DNA of 64,000 nt, from sequence record OM339718.1; one strand, 5' to 3'. Below are positions 25,487 through 34,580 of this stretch, in pieces (the stretch's first letter is position 1; each line of letters opens with the position of its first letter). Below the pieces are notes generated by a model. That model was not told the DNA's origin, made no database searches, and worked only from the letters and a program-made list of their open reading frames with translations. A program made the translations under genes and the position numbers.

Positions 25487-25563
25487 TGGTGCGCCGTACT
25501 GGATTCGAACCAGTGACCCACGCTTTAGAAGAACGTTGCTCTATCCAACTGAGCTAACAGCGC
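25487..25563 (-). tRNA. trnR: tRNA-Arg(TCT)
   Basis: Cloverleaf, loop CT-TCT-AA, CCA end. Confidence 0.95.
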
Positions 25564-25571
25564 ATTAAATA

Positions 25572-25832
25572 TTAAATATCACGAATTGTACACTTTGGAT
25601 AACGATGGCAGTTAAAATTCCTAAGACCTTTCTCGTCGTTATCACCATAACCTAAATCACCATTTGCATGTGCATACAAGAACGGATAATCTGTACAAAC
25701 TGGAATATTACCATAAAGATATCGTTTGTACATTGTACCCCAGTTATAACCCTTGGAGAACAGTGCTTTCTGAATAGCCACAGATTCTTCTGGGCTTGAA
25801 ACTTCAAAACGCATACATGGTTTATTGTTCAT
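25572..25832 (-). CDS. Hypothetical protein
   Basis: IQKALFSKGYNW pattern resembles phage hypothetical proteins; GAGG RBS. Confidence 0.75.
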   Translation of the reverse strand: MNNKPCMRFEVSSPEESVAIQKALFSKGYNWGTMYKRYLYGNIPVCTDYPFLYAHANGDLGYGDNDEKGLRNFNCHRYPKCTIRDI

Positions 25833-25870
25833 AACATATTCCTCATGCGGATTTTATATTGATTACCAAT

Positions 25871-25918
25871 TTATATAAACATCATATCATAGTTAGAAAG
25901 GATGTTTAACTTTTATTT
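25871..25918 (-). promoter_or_regulatory. 48-bp repeated promoter cassette, copy 1
   Basis: TTAAAC-N17-TATGAT on the minus strand; 47/48 identical to 26985-27032. Confidence 0.75.
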
Positions 25919-26266
25919 GAAGTATTTTTCGAAGTAAGCGACTGGATGTCTGGCTTCTTCATCATACTCGTATTTAGGGGTATCAGAAAACAACACCCTA
26001 TAAGCAGTTTTCATCCCAGAACCATATGGTATCTCAATTTCATCGTTAAAGTCAAATGCTATATAACCTTTTTTACGAAGGGACCGACAGCTAACACTCA
26101 ACCAAGGTCCGCAACAGGATTTGAGTCTACCAATTGCGTAGATATCCTTTCCCTCATTGTTAATATAGCAATAAATCTTGTCTACATCAACACCATGGAG
26201 ATTTTTCCATTCTTCGCTGGTTTGTTTGAAGACCAAACTTGATTGAATCTCAGTAAGATCTTTCAT
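25913..26266 (-). CDS. Hypothetical protein
   Basis: MKDLTEIQ start overlaps the upstream TGA. Confidence 0.7.
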   Translation of the reverse strand: MKDLTEIQSSLVFKQTSEEWKNLHGVDVDKIYCYINNEGKDIYAIGRLKSCCGPWLSVSCRSLRKKGYIAFDFNDEIEIPYGSGMKTAYRVLFSDTPKYEYDEEARHPVAYFEKYFK

Positions 26267-26652
26267 GCTAAACCACCATATATTTCCACATCCCAAGAAA
26301 TGATTTCTGTAACTTTGTAATTAGCACAGTCACCATTAGCCAAACCACGGATACAGAAAGAAGGAAGACACCCATGAACATCATACACTTTGTCATTGGT
26401 TATTTCTACGTCACCCGTAACAATAATGATATTACCTTTCTTGTAAGTTTCTACGGAATTCAGAATACCAACCGGATCGGGGGTATCTTTAGCATTATCG
26501 ACGTTAAAACATTTTTGACCAAAATTGATTAGAACTGGTAGCTTTTCAGAGAATTCATCTACAACTTGTTCACTCAAAATGAATTTTTGACCATTAGTAT
26601 TGACCAATAAACCTTTTTCATTAAGGTTATAGGCACCAAGCTTCACTTTCAT
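26263..26652 (-). CDS. Hypothetical protein
   Basis: 129-aa ORF. Confidence 0.7.
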   Translation of the reverse strand: MKVKLGAYNLNEKGLLVNTNGQKFILSEQVVDEFSEKLPVLINFGQKCFNVDNAKDTPDPVGILNSVETYKKGNIIIVTGDVEITNDKVYDVHGCLPSFCIRGLANGDCANYKVTEIISWDVEIYGGLA

Positions 26653-26887
26653 TTTAATATCTCGATTTTTGATAGAAAGGCTTCAAATGTTTACCACGCA
26701 TAATCTTAACGCATTTACCTTTACAGTGATCTTCATTGAAAATACTACTCCAAAGGACATCGCGCATGTAATTTCTGATGTATACGTTCATATTAAGCAT
26801 CTCATATTGAATTTTGGAGATGATAAACTCATTTTACGTTCAAAAGCTCATTCAACAAAAAGGAATTTGGGTTTATCATCTCGTATT

Positions 26888-26980
26888 TGGTGCGTGAGGT
26901 GGGAATCGAACCCACGATGTGCCATTATGCAGTATCGGATTTTAAGTCCGATGCGTTTCAACCAACTTCGCCACTCACGC
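26888..26980 (-). tRNA. trnL: tRNA-Leu(TAA)
   Basis: Long variable arm, loop CT-TAA-AA, CCA end. Confidence 0.93.
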
Positions 26981-26984
26981 TCAT

Positions 26985-27032
26985 TTATATAAACATCATA
27001 TCACAGTTAGAAAGGATGTTTAACTTTTATTT
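26985..27032 (-). promoter_or_regulatory. 48-bp repeated promoter cassette, copy 2
   Basis: Immediately upstream of tRNA-Leu(TAA). Confidence 0.75.
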
Positions 27033-27280
27033 TTACTTTCTTTTATACCAAGTCGATACGCTTCCACACAGTATGCATATATCCTCGATACTGGGACCAT
27101 AAAAGCTTTAGAAAGCCGAATCTTAATACGTTCGTTCTCTTTAGCCCGCTCATATAGTTTTCGAAATGGATCAGGGTCTATAGGCTGAACAGAACATATT
27201 TGGTTTGCTATATCTAGCGGGTATATTCTTCCACCCCAAGTTACTTTTTCTGATTCTAAAAAATTCATATCATTTCTCAC
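27020..27280 (-). CDS. Hypothetical protein
   Basis: 86-aa ORF. Confidence 0.65.
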   Translation of the reverse strand: MRNDMNFLESEKVTWGGRIYPLDIANQICSVQPIDPDPFRKLYERAKENERIKIRLSKAFMVPVSRIYAYCVEAYRLGIKESKNKS

Positions 27281-28259
27281 TCAGATAGACATCATCGTGT
27301 TTATACTCTTTAAACTCATTGTATTTAGAGTCCGTAATTTCAAGACAGTTACCAACTCGAATCAAATCAACTTCATTTGACCAATTTGGTTTAGTTGATT
27401 CCACAACCATAGAGTAAGGAATCTTAACATCCCATTCAACCGGAGTCAACTGAATTTTTTCTGTTTGGTTAAACCCAACAATCTGGATTTTTGTCATCAT
27501 ACGAACCTTTTCAAACTGCTTGCATGTCTGACGACCATATTCCTGTGATGTTAGCACAATATCCAAGTTATTACAACCAGCATAAAAATTTTCTAATTTT
27601 GCAAATTCTTCAATATTTTTGAAGATTGCATAAGTTGTATCGTCGTGATGAGCATAATCATTAATCTGATCTTGAGTTTTAATCAATCTGCTAAGTTCAT
27701 AATGTTTTGCATTACCAATATGAACATTATCAATCATGATCTTAACATGATTCACAAGGATATCATCTTCTGGGTCTTCACTATCTTCGGTCAACTCTTT
27801 CAGTCTTTCTTGGAGAGTTTTAAGATGTCTAGCGACTCGTTCCGGTGTTACCGGTAGCCAGTCATCTGCATCAGAAACGTCGTATACAGGTTTCTCCCAC
27901 CAACAAGTAATACCAAACTCCGAAACGAGATCGTATACATCAGACTTTACTACAATAAAAGAAGTCTCGTATTTTGTTTTGCTCCATAGGTCTGGGATTG
28001 TCCAACGATTTTCATCGTATGGATAAAATCCATGGGCTAAGTTCTCTTTAGAGACACCATCGTTAAACATGGATACGTTTTTCATTAAGCATTCTAACGC
28101 AAGATTATCATCAATGTCAAACTCACCATAATCGTCATACACCGCAGTAAGTGGGAAAGCACTAATACAGTGTTTACCAGCAACTGGGATCAAGCGAACT
28201 TTATCACCACCTTGAACGATTTGACGACTAACAGAACAAACAGTATTAAAACTACCCAT
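27270..28259 (-). CDS. Hypothetical protein
   Basis: MGSFNTVCSVS...PLTAVYDDYG pattern resembles jumbo-phage hypotheticals; ATG directly after the small upstream ORF. Confidence 0.75.
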   Translation of the reverse strand: MGSFNTVCSVSRQIVQGGDKVRLIPVAGKHCISAFPLTAVYDDYGEFDIDDNLALECLMKNVSMFNDGVSKENLAHGFYPYDENRWTIPDLWSKTKYETSFIVVKSDVYDLVSEFGITCWWEKPVYDVSDADDWLPVTPERVARHLKTLQERLKELTEDSEDPEDDILVNHVKIMIDNVHIGNAKHYELSRLIKTQDQINDYAHHDDTTYAIFKNIEEFAKLENFYAGCNNLDIVLTSQEYGRQTCKQFEKVRMMTKIQIVGFNQTEKIQLTPVEWDVKIPYSMVVESTKPNWSNEVDLIRVGNCLEITDSKYNEFKEYKHDDVYLSEK

Positions 28260-28260
28260 A

Positions 28261-28398
28261 TCACCACCAAACCACGGTTTTGATTTCTTTGTTATCAATC
28301 CAAAATGCAGCACGTTCAGTAACAACAAGGTGATCGTATTTTGATTTTACTACATCTTTCGCTTCGATTTCTTGACCATTTTTAAGAACTACTTTCAT
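28261..28398 (-). CDS. Small hypothetical protein (45 aa, absent from the ORF track)
   Basis: MKVVLKNGQEIEAK...VVWW*; its stop abuts the next ATG. Confidence 0.6.
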   Translation of the reverse strand: MKVVLKNGQEIEAKDVVKSKYDHLVVTERAAFWIDNKEIKTVVWW

Positions 28399-28456
28399 AA
28401 ACCATCCTATCAAAAAATAAACCCCTAACGAAAATCGCTAGGGGTGTTAATACGTT

Positions 28457-28681
28457 TTACTGGCTAAGTTTGATCCGTTCATCAAACTGCATATATGAGA
28501 AAATTGCTTCGAAATCCTGATGGACTGCAATCGTTTTTTGCTTATCGGTTCCACGAACATCAAAGGTGATATAAGAAACACCGTTCTTCTCAGAGAGACC
28601 TTTGATCAGTTTGGTGTCAATAACGGTACGAGACGCACCACCAAATTCAGACGGATCTACAATATCAGCAATAAAAATCAT
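28457..28681 (-). CDS. Hypothetical protein
   Basis: 74-aa ORF with AAGGA RBS. Confidence 0.75.
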   Translation of the reverse strand: MIFIADIVDPSEFGGASRTVIDTKLIKGLSEKNGVSYITFDVRGTDKQKTIAVHQDFEAIFSYMQFDERIKLSQ

Positions 28682-28742
28682 TTATCTTTCCTTTTGTTAT
28701 TTTATAAGGAGATTATAACACTATAATCTCCTGTTTTTAATT

Positions 28743-29756
28743 TTAAACTTTGTTAGCTTTCAACATAAATTTCTTGACAAGAGCTTCCATCTGCGCTCCA
28801 CCAGAAGAACTATGAGATTTCATAGTATGAACAAGTTCTTTCATAACATCCATATTTTCCGGGGTTTCTGTCTCATAAAACGGAGTAGTTACAGACCAAC
28901 GTTCTTTAGAACCGGTTCGACCACTGATATTCCATATACCTTTTCGCATCCATGTCATACGAGAAAAGTAAATCACAGAACCGTTACCAATGTCAACTGC
29001 GAAATCATCACCACCCAAATGTTTTCCTTCAAGTTCTTTTTTGACGAAAAGAACATAATCGGCTTTCTTGAGCGGCTTGACCTTTTTATCACCAGAAAAA
29101 GCTTTCTTTAGCTTGGTTTCTGGGAAAAGGATTTTCGGATCCTTCATAAACTTTTCAGTTTCGGATTGGTTGTAATTGCTTTGGGTCATTTTTACTTTTT
29201 TACGGTCAATCAGAACCTCAGTGAAAACACCCATCTTATCCAACTCAGGTTTATCAATACCTGCACCCAGAGCTTTGGTGATAAACACATGAGCCATTGC
29301 ATTCAGATCAAAGAAAACTGTACGGTCTTCCGACGTAAATTTATAATCGACAGAAGAAGTTCCCCAAGTACCAACGGTAATTTTACGTTCAAATGTGAAC
29401 TTTTTACCGCTCATCTTTTGGAAGTAGTCGAGATAAGCCTGAGTATCAAAAAACTTATCAAACATATGGGTCACGAAGTTAGTTACAACGTGTTTCTCTT
29501 CTTCCTGCTTCTGTTTTCTCTGTGCCCATGTAGCTTCTTGGGTTGCAGGAGAACCAGATTTTTTCAGTTCTTCGTAAGCTTGGTTTACTGCCTGCATTTT
29601 TTCGGTGGAACCACCACGGTCTGGGTGGTTATCCTTTGCTGCCTTGCGATATGCAGCCTTTAGTTGGTCATCAGTAAACTTACCAGTCAAACCAAGAGCC
29701 TTCATCGCGACTGCTTGAGTCATAGATTCAAACAGCTCATTAAACATCTTAGACAT
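28743..29756 (-). CDS. J-domain (DnaJ-like) protein with C-terminal extension
   Basis: LKAAYRKAAKDNHPDRGG...MQAVNQAYEEL with intact HPD; CTAAATA at 29780-29786. Confidence 0.88.
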   Translation of the reverse strand: MSKMFNELFESMTQAVAMKALGLTGKFTDDQLKAAYRKAAKDNHPDRGGSTEKMQAVNQAYEELKKSGSPATQEATWAQRKQKQEEEKHVVTNFVTHMFDKFFDTQAYLDYFQKMSGKKFTFERKITVGTWGTSSVDYKFTSEDRTVFFDLNAMAHVFITKALGAGIDKPELDKMGVFTEVLIDRKKVKMTQSNYNQSETEKFMKDPKILFPETKLKKAFSGDKKVKPLKKADYVLFVKKELEGKHLGGDDFAVDIGNGSVIYFSRMTWMRKGIWNISGRTGSKERWSVTTPFYETETPENMDVMKELVHTMKSHSSSGGAQMEALVKKFMLKANKV

Positions 29757-29800
29757 AAAATCATTCCTTTATAAAACAGTATTTAGGCAACAACTATAGG

Positions 29801-29956
29801 TTACATCTCTTTGTTTTCGTTGTCAACTGTTTTTAACCAATCCAACCACTCCCGCACGGTCATACCTTCTGGTTTATAGATTGTATCTCCTTCAACTGCG
29901 ATTCGCATCCGTTCTAGATCAAAATCAAAGTAGTCATCCATTTGAATATCTTCCAT
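29801..29956 (-). CDS. Small hypothetical protein (51 aa, absent from the ORF track)
   Basis: MEDIQMDDYFDFDLERMRIAVEG...EWLDWLK; open from ATG to TAA. Confidence 0.55.
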   Translation of the reverse strand: MEDIQMDDYFDFDLERMRIAVEGDTIYKPEGMTVREWLDWLKTVDNENKEM

Positions 29957-29963
29957 AAAATAA

Positions 29964-29991
29964 AAAGGGGTTGCTTAATAGCAACCCCTTT
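29964..29991 (-). terminator. Intrinsic terminator after gp57A
   Basis: AAAGGGGTTGCT-TAAT-AGCAACCCCTTT. Confidence 0.85.
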
Positions 29992-29997
29992 ATAACA

Positions 29998-30222
29998 TTA
30001 TTCTTTTACAACTTCAACCTGATTTTGTTTCAGATGATTGATTTTATTCAGATAGAACTGAATGTCAGAAGATTCTTCTTTGTCTAGTTCGAGTGCTTCC
30101 GCAAGCATACTAAAGATTTTAGCATTTTGTTGACTAATTGCTACTGATTCTTCACTCATATCAAAAATACGGGCTTTCAGTACGATGATGTCACTAGACA
30201 GTTTTTGAATTTGTTCTTGCAT
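29998..30222 (-). CDS. 57A: Tail fibre chaperone gp57A
   Basis: IQKLSSDIIVLKARIFD resembles T4 EQKLSAEIVTLKSRILD; follows gene 1 as in T4. Confidence 0.85.
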   Translation of the reverse strand: MQEQIQKLSSDIIVLKARIFDMSEESVAISQQNAKIFSMLAEALELDKEESSDIQFYLNKINHLKQNQVEVVKE

Positions 30223-30235
30223 TTTATTTTTCCTA

Positions 30236-30967
30236 TTAAACAATTGATTTGATATTTTTCTTAAGAGCTTCTAATGTACCATCATTAAAAACTATAATAT
30301 CACTTGCCGATGGTTCTAAACCACGCTCGGTGATATGTGAATCGGTTGATACGATTCCAGTCTTACAAATAAAGATTACTTTAGCACCATTATCACGACA
30401 AAATTGCATTTCGTGAGCCTGCCGTACATCGGTTATAATGATGTCTTTCCCATCATCCGGGATACACTCTAACCAATAATCACGTCTTACATTGACAACT
30501 AGATCCGTACCAAGAACTTGCATCAGTCTACGAATAGACCATTTATATTTATTTTCAATTTCTGCTGCTTTTTTCTTATTGCCAAAGAATTCAGCAAAGC
30601 CAATACACAACATATCTTTTATTGTCATTTTGTCACTAGATCTAAATTCAGAGACAGAATTGAAAAGTTTGTGCATTTCACCAAATGTGAAATTGTTGTG
30701 TCTATGGCAGAACATTATAGCATTATTCAGAAGACTCTTTAATTCTAAAGTAGTCAAGCCCAAATCTTGCTCTCGGTCATATTCAGTTTCTCCATTAACA
30801 TCAGCAAAGCTGATATCTTTTGTTTTCTGAATACGTTGTAATCCATTATGGATGGATTTTTTAATTGGGTGAGCTAAAGCATATGGAACAGCCCCAGTAA
30901 GTTCTTGAATGAACTTCGAGGCTGTGTCTTTACCCGTCCGTTTCAAACCAGAAATAGCGTATATCAT
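30236..30967 (-). CDS. 1: dNMP kinase gp1
   Basis: SGLKRTGKDT, RRLMQVLGTDL, ITDVRQAHE, DSHITERGL. Confidence 0.95.
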   Translation of the reverse strand: MIYAISGLKRTGKDTASKFIQELTGAVPYALAHPIKKSIHNGLQRIQKTKDISFADVNGETEYDREQDLGLTTLELKSLLNNAIMFCHRHNNFTFGEMHKLFNSVSEFRSSDKMTIKDMLCIGFAEFFGNKKKAAEIENKYKWSIRRLMQVLGTDLVVNVRRDYWLECIPDDGKDIIITDVRQAHEMQFCRDNGAKVIFICKTGIVSTDSHITERGLEPSASDIIVFNDGTLEALKKNIKSIV

Positions 30968-31020
30968 ATAGTACCTCATCTTTTTGTTTATTATACCTCA
31001 AGACGAAGAACCTTTAGATT

Positions 31021-31578
31021 TTACTTTTGGAATGGGTGCCCTGCACCGATACCGACCGGGTTTTGTTTTGGTAGGATTTCCAAATCGTTTACACCAACAA
31101 CACTCATAGATGAGTAACTAAACGTTACATTACCTATAAGGGCTGGGTTTCCGTCATCAACATAGGACAATTCTATATCGTCCAATGAACTCGGGAATGG
31201 GTCATGAAACTTGAAAGTCAATACTATATTCTTTTTTGAGTTATCCAGAATATGAACCAAAATAGATCTAGGTCTAGCACCCGGTAGATGGGCGGTGGAA
31301 TTGAAAGTTCTACTATCAGTAACAGAGATCATCCATTGATACAACTCTTTATAAGATTCGAAATTTTCATCAATCAAAAATCTAATCCTAAATGGTTCGT
31401 AAATGATCTTCGAACCCGGCATAATCCCGGACGTCATCTGATTTATTGAAACCCTCGTTATATCCATTTCCATAGTTGGAAGAACAACGGATTGAGCTGA
31501 TGTTACAAAGTTAGCGGTTGTGTTTGCGTCTGGGATTTCCAGACGCATGTTTGTTATGTGTGCTTGATTATGTATCAT
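31021..31578 (-). CDS. 3: Tail tube terminator/sheath stabiliser gp3
   Basis: N(F)RLEIPD, PGSKIIYEPF.IRFLIDENFESYKELYQW, LDNSK motifs. Confidence 0.92.
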   Translation of the reverse strand: MIHNQAHITNMRLEIPDANTTANFVTSAQSVVLPTMEMDITRVSINQMTSGIMPGSKIIYEPFRIRFLIDENFESYKELYQWMISVTDSRTFNSTAHLPGARPRSILVHILDNSKKNIVLTFKFHDPFPSSLDDIELSYVDDGNPALIGNVTFSYSSMSVVGVNDLEILPKQNPVGIGAGHPFQK

Positions 31579-33437
31579 GTTGACGGTTGAACTCCATATG
31601 AATATTGCGGTTGATCTGGTCTAAATTCACCAAAGCCAGACGGTAGAACGGAATTCATACTGTTATATGTGGTATTATTTACAGCAGCCATTAAAGCACC
31701 TTCTTGACGTCGTGCGTCTCGTTCTTCCTTTTCACGTTGTTGTTTAGCTCGGAATTCTTCAACCTCTTGATTTCTTTTCTCAAGGGTTTTAAATACAGGC
31801 TCGGTTTCACCAGCCTTAATTTCATTCCCTAATTTAGATTCCGGTTGAGCTTCACTAGCATTAGCTTTCCCAAATAATGATCCAGTAAGACTTTCCCAAG
31901 CACCCTTAGCAGCATCAACACCCTTATCTAACAGCTCTGGGTTCTCTTTGGCGAAGTTATACAACTCATAAGCCATCAAGCCAGCACCAACAAAAGGAAT
32001 TGCTCTACCAGCGACACGTACCGCCATACCTGCGCCAGTTAATGCGCTTTTTGGTATAAATTTAGAGGCTGATTTTGTTGCATCAGCAGCGACAGACCAA
32101 CCTTTTTTACCAAGTTCCGCTGCCTTTGACAAAATACCAGCCTTACCTTTTGGGGTAGGAGTCTTTGTTTTAGGCGTCTCAATTTTTGCGGGTTGTCCCG
32201 GTCTTGGTTCTGGTGTGGGTGGCTTCTTTCCATCCGGTTGTGTAGTTTTCTGGGACTTCTTAGGATCCTTCGATACATCGTTTGGATTAACCCCACCAGA
32301 CGATGGTGTTGGGGTCTTACTTCCCAATCCCGGTATCTTATCAAACATCCCAGAGAACTTAGCAATTAAACCACCAACAGCGGCAGATAGGGCACCCGCA
32401 ATCATAGGGGCCAAACCAAGAACCGCACCAGATAGAACACTGATACCAGAAACAAGACCACTAAGAACAAATCCAACACCACCAATCAGTTTACCGATCA
32501 ACATGGACATCTGGATACCTTTAAGAACATCGATTAAGCTTTTATGGCGCTTTTCGTTGTTCTCTCGTTCTCTTCCATTTTCTTGTCTTTCTTTCTTTTG
32601 CTCTTGGTTATTTCTATCTGTTTTTACTTTGTCTTCTGGTTTGTTTTGTGGGATCTGTTGGAATCTAGAAGTAGCATCAGCCTTCTTCTCTTCATAAGCC
32701 GCATTCGCTTTTGCATCTAATTTCTTTTCCTTACGTGCGTTATGTGCATCAATAATAGACCCACCAACAAACTTCGTTGCATTAGCGGCCTGATTATAAC
32801 CGGGAATAGTTGATAACAAATCGTTTATGGTTCCAGTAACCATACCGATACCAGCGGACATAGTATGACCAAGTATTTTCGCTGTTGCTGATGTTTCTGA
32901 TTTCTTCATTCGATCAACTATATTAGCTTTTTTTGCTATCTCTCGAACAAATTTACCAGTTTTTTGATTTTCTTCTTTGAAATTTTCCACAAATTCACGA
33001 CGATCACCAACTTCGCGTTGTATAAATTCTTTCAAAGTCTCCCTAGTGTCTTCCTGCATAGGTTTGGCAGTTTCCCCCTGTTCTGGGTTCTGACTTTTTA
33101 CACCTTGGCTATAATCCACTAGGGGTTGTTTATTATTTAAAATGTCTTCCAGTTGCTTTCGTCTAGCTGAAACTAATTCGTTTTCAACCTTATTACTACG
33201 CTTATTATCCTTTCTGGCACCTTTTATCTGGTTCGCTAATTTTTCTTGTTCTTGTGCGACTTCCAGACTGGAATCAGAGGTAATATCATAAGACGCGGTA
33301 AGGTCTTTTGTTGAGTTGGACAACTTTTCTGTCTTGTCGTCCAACTTAAGCATCGAATCAGAAACAATATCCATAGCATCCGTGACATCTCGAACCGATT
33401 TATCAAGTTCGTTCTGTTTCTGCTTGTCAATCATCAC
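31575..33437 (-). CDS. 29: Baseplate hub/tape-measure protein gp29
   Basis: 620 aa, helical/low-complexity, hydrophobic Gly-rich centre, located among hub genes; length similar to T4 gp29. Confidence 0.8.
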   Translation of the reverse strand: MMIDKQKQNELDKSVRDVTDAMDIVSDSMLKLDDKTEKLSNSTKDLTASYDITSDSSLEVAQEQEKLANQIKGARKDNKRSNKVENELVSARRKQLEDILNNKQPLVDYSQGVKSQNPEQGETAKPMQEDTRETLKEFIQREVGDRREFVENFKEENQKTGKFVREIAKKANIVDRMKKSETSATAKILGHTMSAGIGMVTGTINDLLSTIPGYNQAANATKFVGGSIIDAHNARKEKKLDAKANAAYEEKKADATSRFQQIPQNKPEDKVKTDRNNQEQKKERQENGRERENNEKRHKSLIDVLKGIQMSMLIGKLIGGVGFVLSGLVSGISVLSGAVLGLAPMIAGALSAAVGGLIAKFSGMFDKIPGLGSKTPTPSSGGVNPNDVSKDPKKSQKTTQPDGKKPPTPEPRPGQPAKIETPKTKTPTPKGKAGILSKAAELGKKGWSVAADATKSASKFIPKSALTGAGMAVRVAGRAIPFVGAGLMAYELYNFAKENPELLDKGVDAAKGAWESLTGSLFGKANASEAQPESKLGNEIKAGETEPVFKTLEKRNQEVEEFRAKQQREKEERDARRQEGALMAAVNNTTYNSMNSVLPSGFGEFRPDQPQYSYGVQPST

Positions 33438-33614
33438 TTAGTCCTTTTCTCTCGCCTGTTCTTTAAGATCGTTTAGGTAGAGGTGAACATAAACACCAAA
33501 TTCAAAGGGGGTCATATCCTCAAGGTCCGAATGGCTCCATCCATCTTTTCTAAGCTTATATACCGTATTAAAATGATCGTATATGGTATGGTTAACAAGC
33601 GTTATGCGAAAAAA
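33438..33614 (-). CDS. 51: gp51-like C-terminal module, reachable from gp26 by a -1 frameshift
   Basis: FFRITLVNHTIYDHFNTVYKLRKDGWSHSDLEDMTPFEFGVYVHLYLND resembles the T4 gp51 C-terminus; no ATG/GTG/TTG before the late MTPF. Confidence 0.75.
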   Translation of the reverse strand, partial: FFRITLVNHTIYDHFNTVYKLRKDGWSHSDLEDMTPFEFGVYVHLYLNDLKEQAREKD

Positions 33615-34387
33615 CTTTCTACCCCTTTAAGTGTAACAATTTCTTGGTGTCCACATTTTTTACACTTTACAGGTATATTTAGAGTATGTTGGGGGAGGGA
33701 TGTTACAAATTTACCCATTTTGGTCAAAGCAACTGAATCGGCGTATTCCATAATTTCAGAAATATCCTCATACGGAATATCAACACCAACCTTAACAACC
33801 TGATCTCCCATATGAACTTCGTCAATACAGCGATTGATTAAGTTAAACAAGTCGGACTCAACTTCTACGTTGAAATATTCAACCTCGCTGATATTAGGAT
33901 ATCTCATATAAACTGTCATGTTCTCATTAAGAACAATTTTGTTATCTGGTGCATCCGACAATTTAGCGTTATTCAAGTTTACGTTTACTTTGATATCTGA
34001 GCCACAACGAATAATTTCACCATATTGGTCATATTGAACATTACCATCTTCATCAAGAATTTCGTTGGCGCAAGTAAACATAACCGGGACAGTAGGACTT
34101 GCTTTTGATAGCTTATACAAAGCTAGATAAACTGCTTCCAAGTCAAACACAGGTAAAAGGTCTACATCAACATTATCAGTTAGGATACAGTTTTTTACGA
34201 TTTGGATGATTGCATCATCGATTCCAGTATTGGCTTCGTTAGCTAACATCAACAGTTTCATTTCTTTCATCAAGAAAGCACGAACCTTGATCTTTCTACC
34301 ATCTGATAAAGTCACATTGGTCTGCTGTACGTTTTTCTGCATAGCAGCAAGAAGTACACTCTTGTCAATCGTGGTTTTGTTTGTCAT
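33602..34387 (-). CDS. 26: Baseplate hub assembly chaperone gp26 (gp26/gp51 family)
   Basis: VRAFLMKEMKLLMLA, LPVFDLEAVYL.L...SK, VYMRYP, CKKCG, ending LKGVESFF. Confidence 0.88.
   Translation of the reverse strand: MTNKTTIDKSVLLAAMQKNVQQTNVTLSDGRKIKVRAFLMKEMKLLMLANEANTGIDDAIIQIVKNCILTDNVDVDLLPVFDLEAVYLALYKLSKASPTVPVMFTCANEILDEDGNVQYDQYGEIIRCGSDIKVNVNLNNAKLSDAPDNKIVLNENMTVYMRYPNISEVEYFNVEVESDLFNLINRCIDEVHMGDQVVKVGVDIPYEDISEIMEYADSVALTKMGKFVTSLPQHTLNIPVKCKKCGHQEIVTLKGVESFFA
33608..33614 (-). promoter_or_regulatory. Predicted -1 ribosomal frameshift heptamer T-TTT-TTC
   Basis: X XXY YYZ in the zero frame just upstream of the gp26 stop; SD-like AAGGGG 7 nt upstream. Confidence 0.7.
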
Positions 34388-34415
34388 AGTTAAAAATCCC
34401 TTATAGATCTATACT

Positions 34416-34422
34416 TATTTAG
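34416..34422 (-). promoter_or_regulatory. Late promoter CTAAATA
   Basis: 29 nt upstream of the gp26 start. Confidence 0.7.
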
Positions 34423-34474
34423 TACATTGTAACATGATGTTCTTCAAGACTTGATCTTAGATGGTTTCACTTGT

Positions 34475-34580
34475 AATCAAATTATAAAGTCTCTATAAGT
34501 ATTTATATAGAAAATCTATAATTAGAAAGTGTGAGCGAAGCGAACAGGCGGCTACGCCGTCTCACTACGTTCGAGATCTG
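34475..34580. repeat. Bipartite intergenic element, copy 2
   Basis: See 3658-3760; GC module inverted relative to copy 1. Confidence 0.85.

Noticed and set aside
26655-26885. Possible gene between ORF 26263 and tRNA-Leu(TAA)
   Set aside because: Only short minus-strand frames (up to about 48 aa) broken by stops; may be a decayed gene, but there is no motif to support a call. The plus-strand 107-aa ORF overlaps a tRNA antisense
27270-28328. 352-aa start (TTG at 28328) from the ORF track
   Set aside because: Overlaps a better small ORF (28261-28398); the ATG at 28259 directly after that stop is preferred
32039-32365. 108-aa alternative-frame ORF inside gene 29
   Set aside because: Arises from Pro/Lys/Thr low-complexity codons; no start signals
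33483-33803. 106-aa plus-strand ORF over the gp26/gp51 junction
   Set aside because: Antisense to the late operon; the minus-strand -1 frame explains the region better
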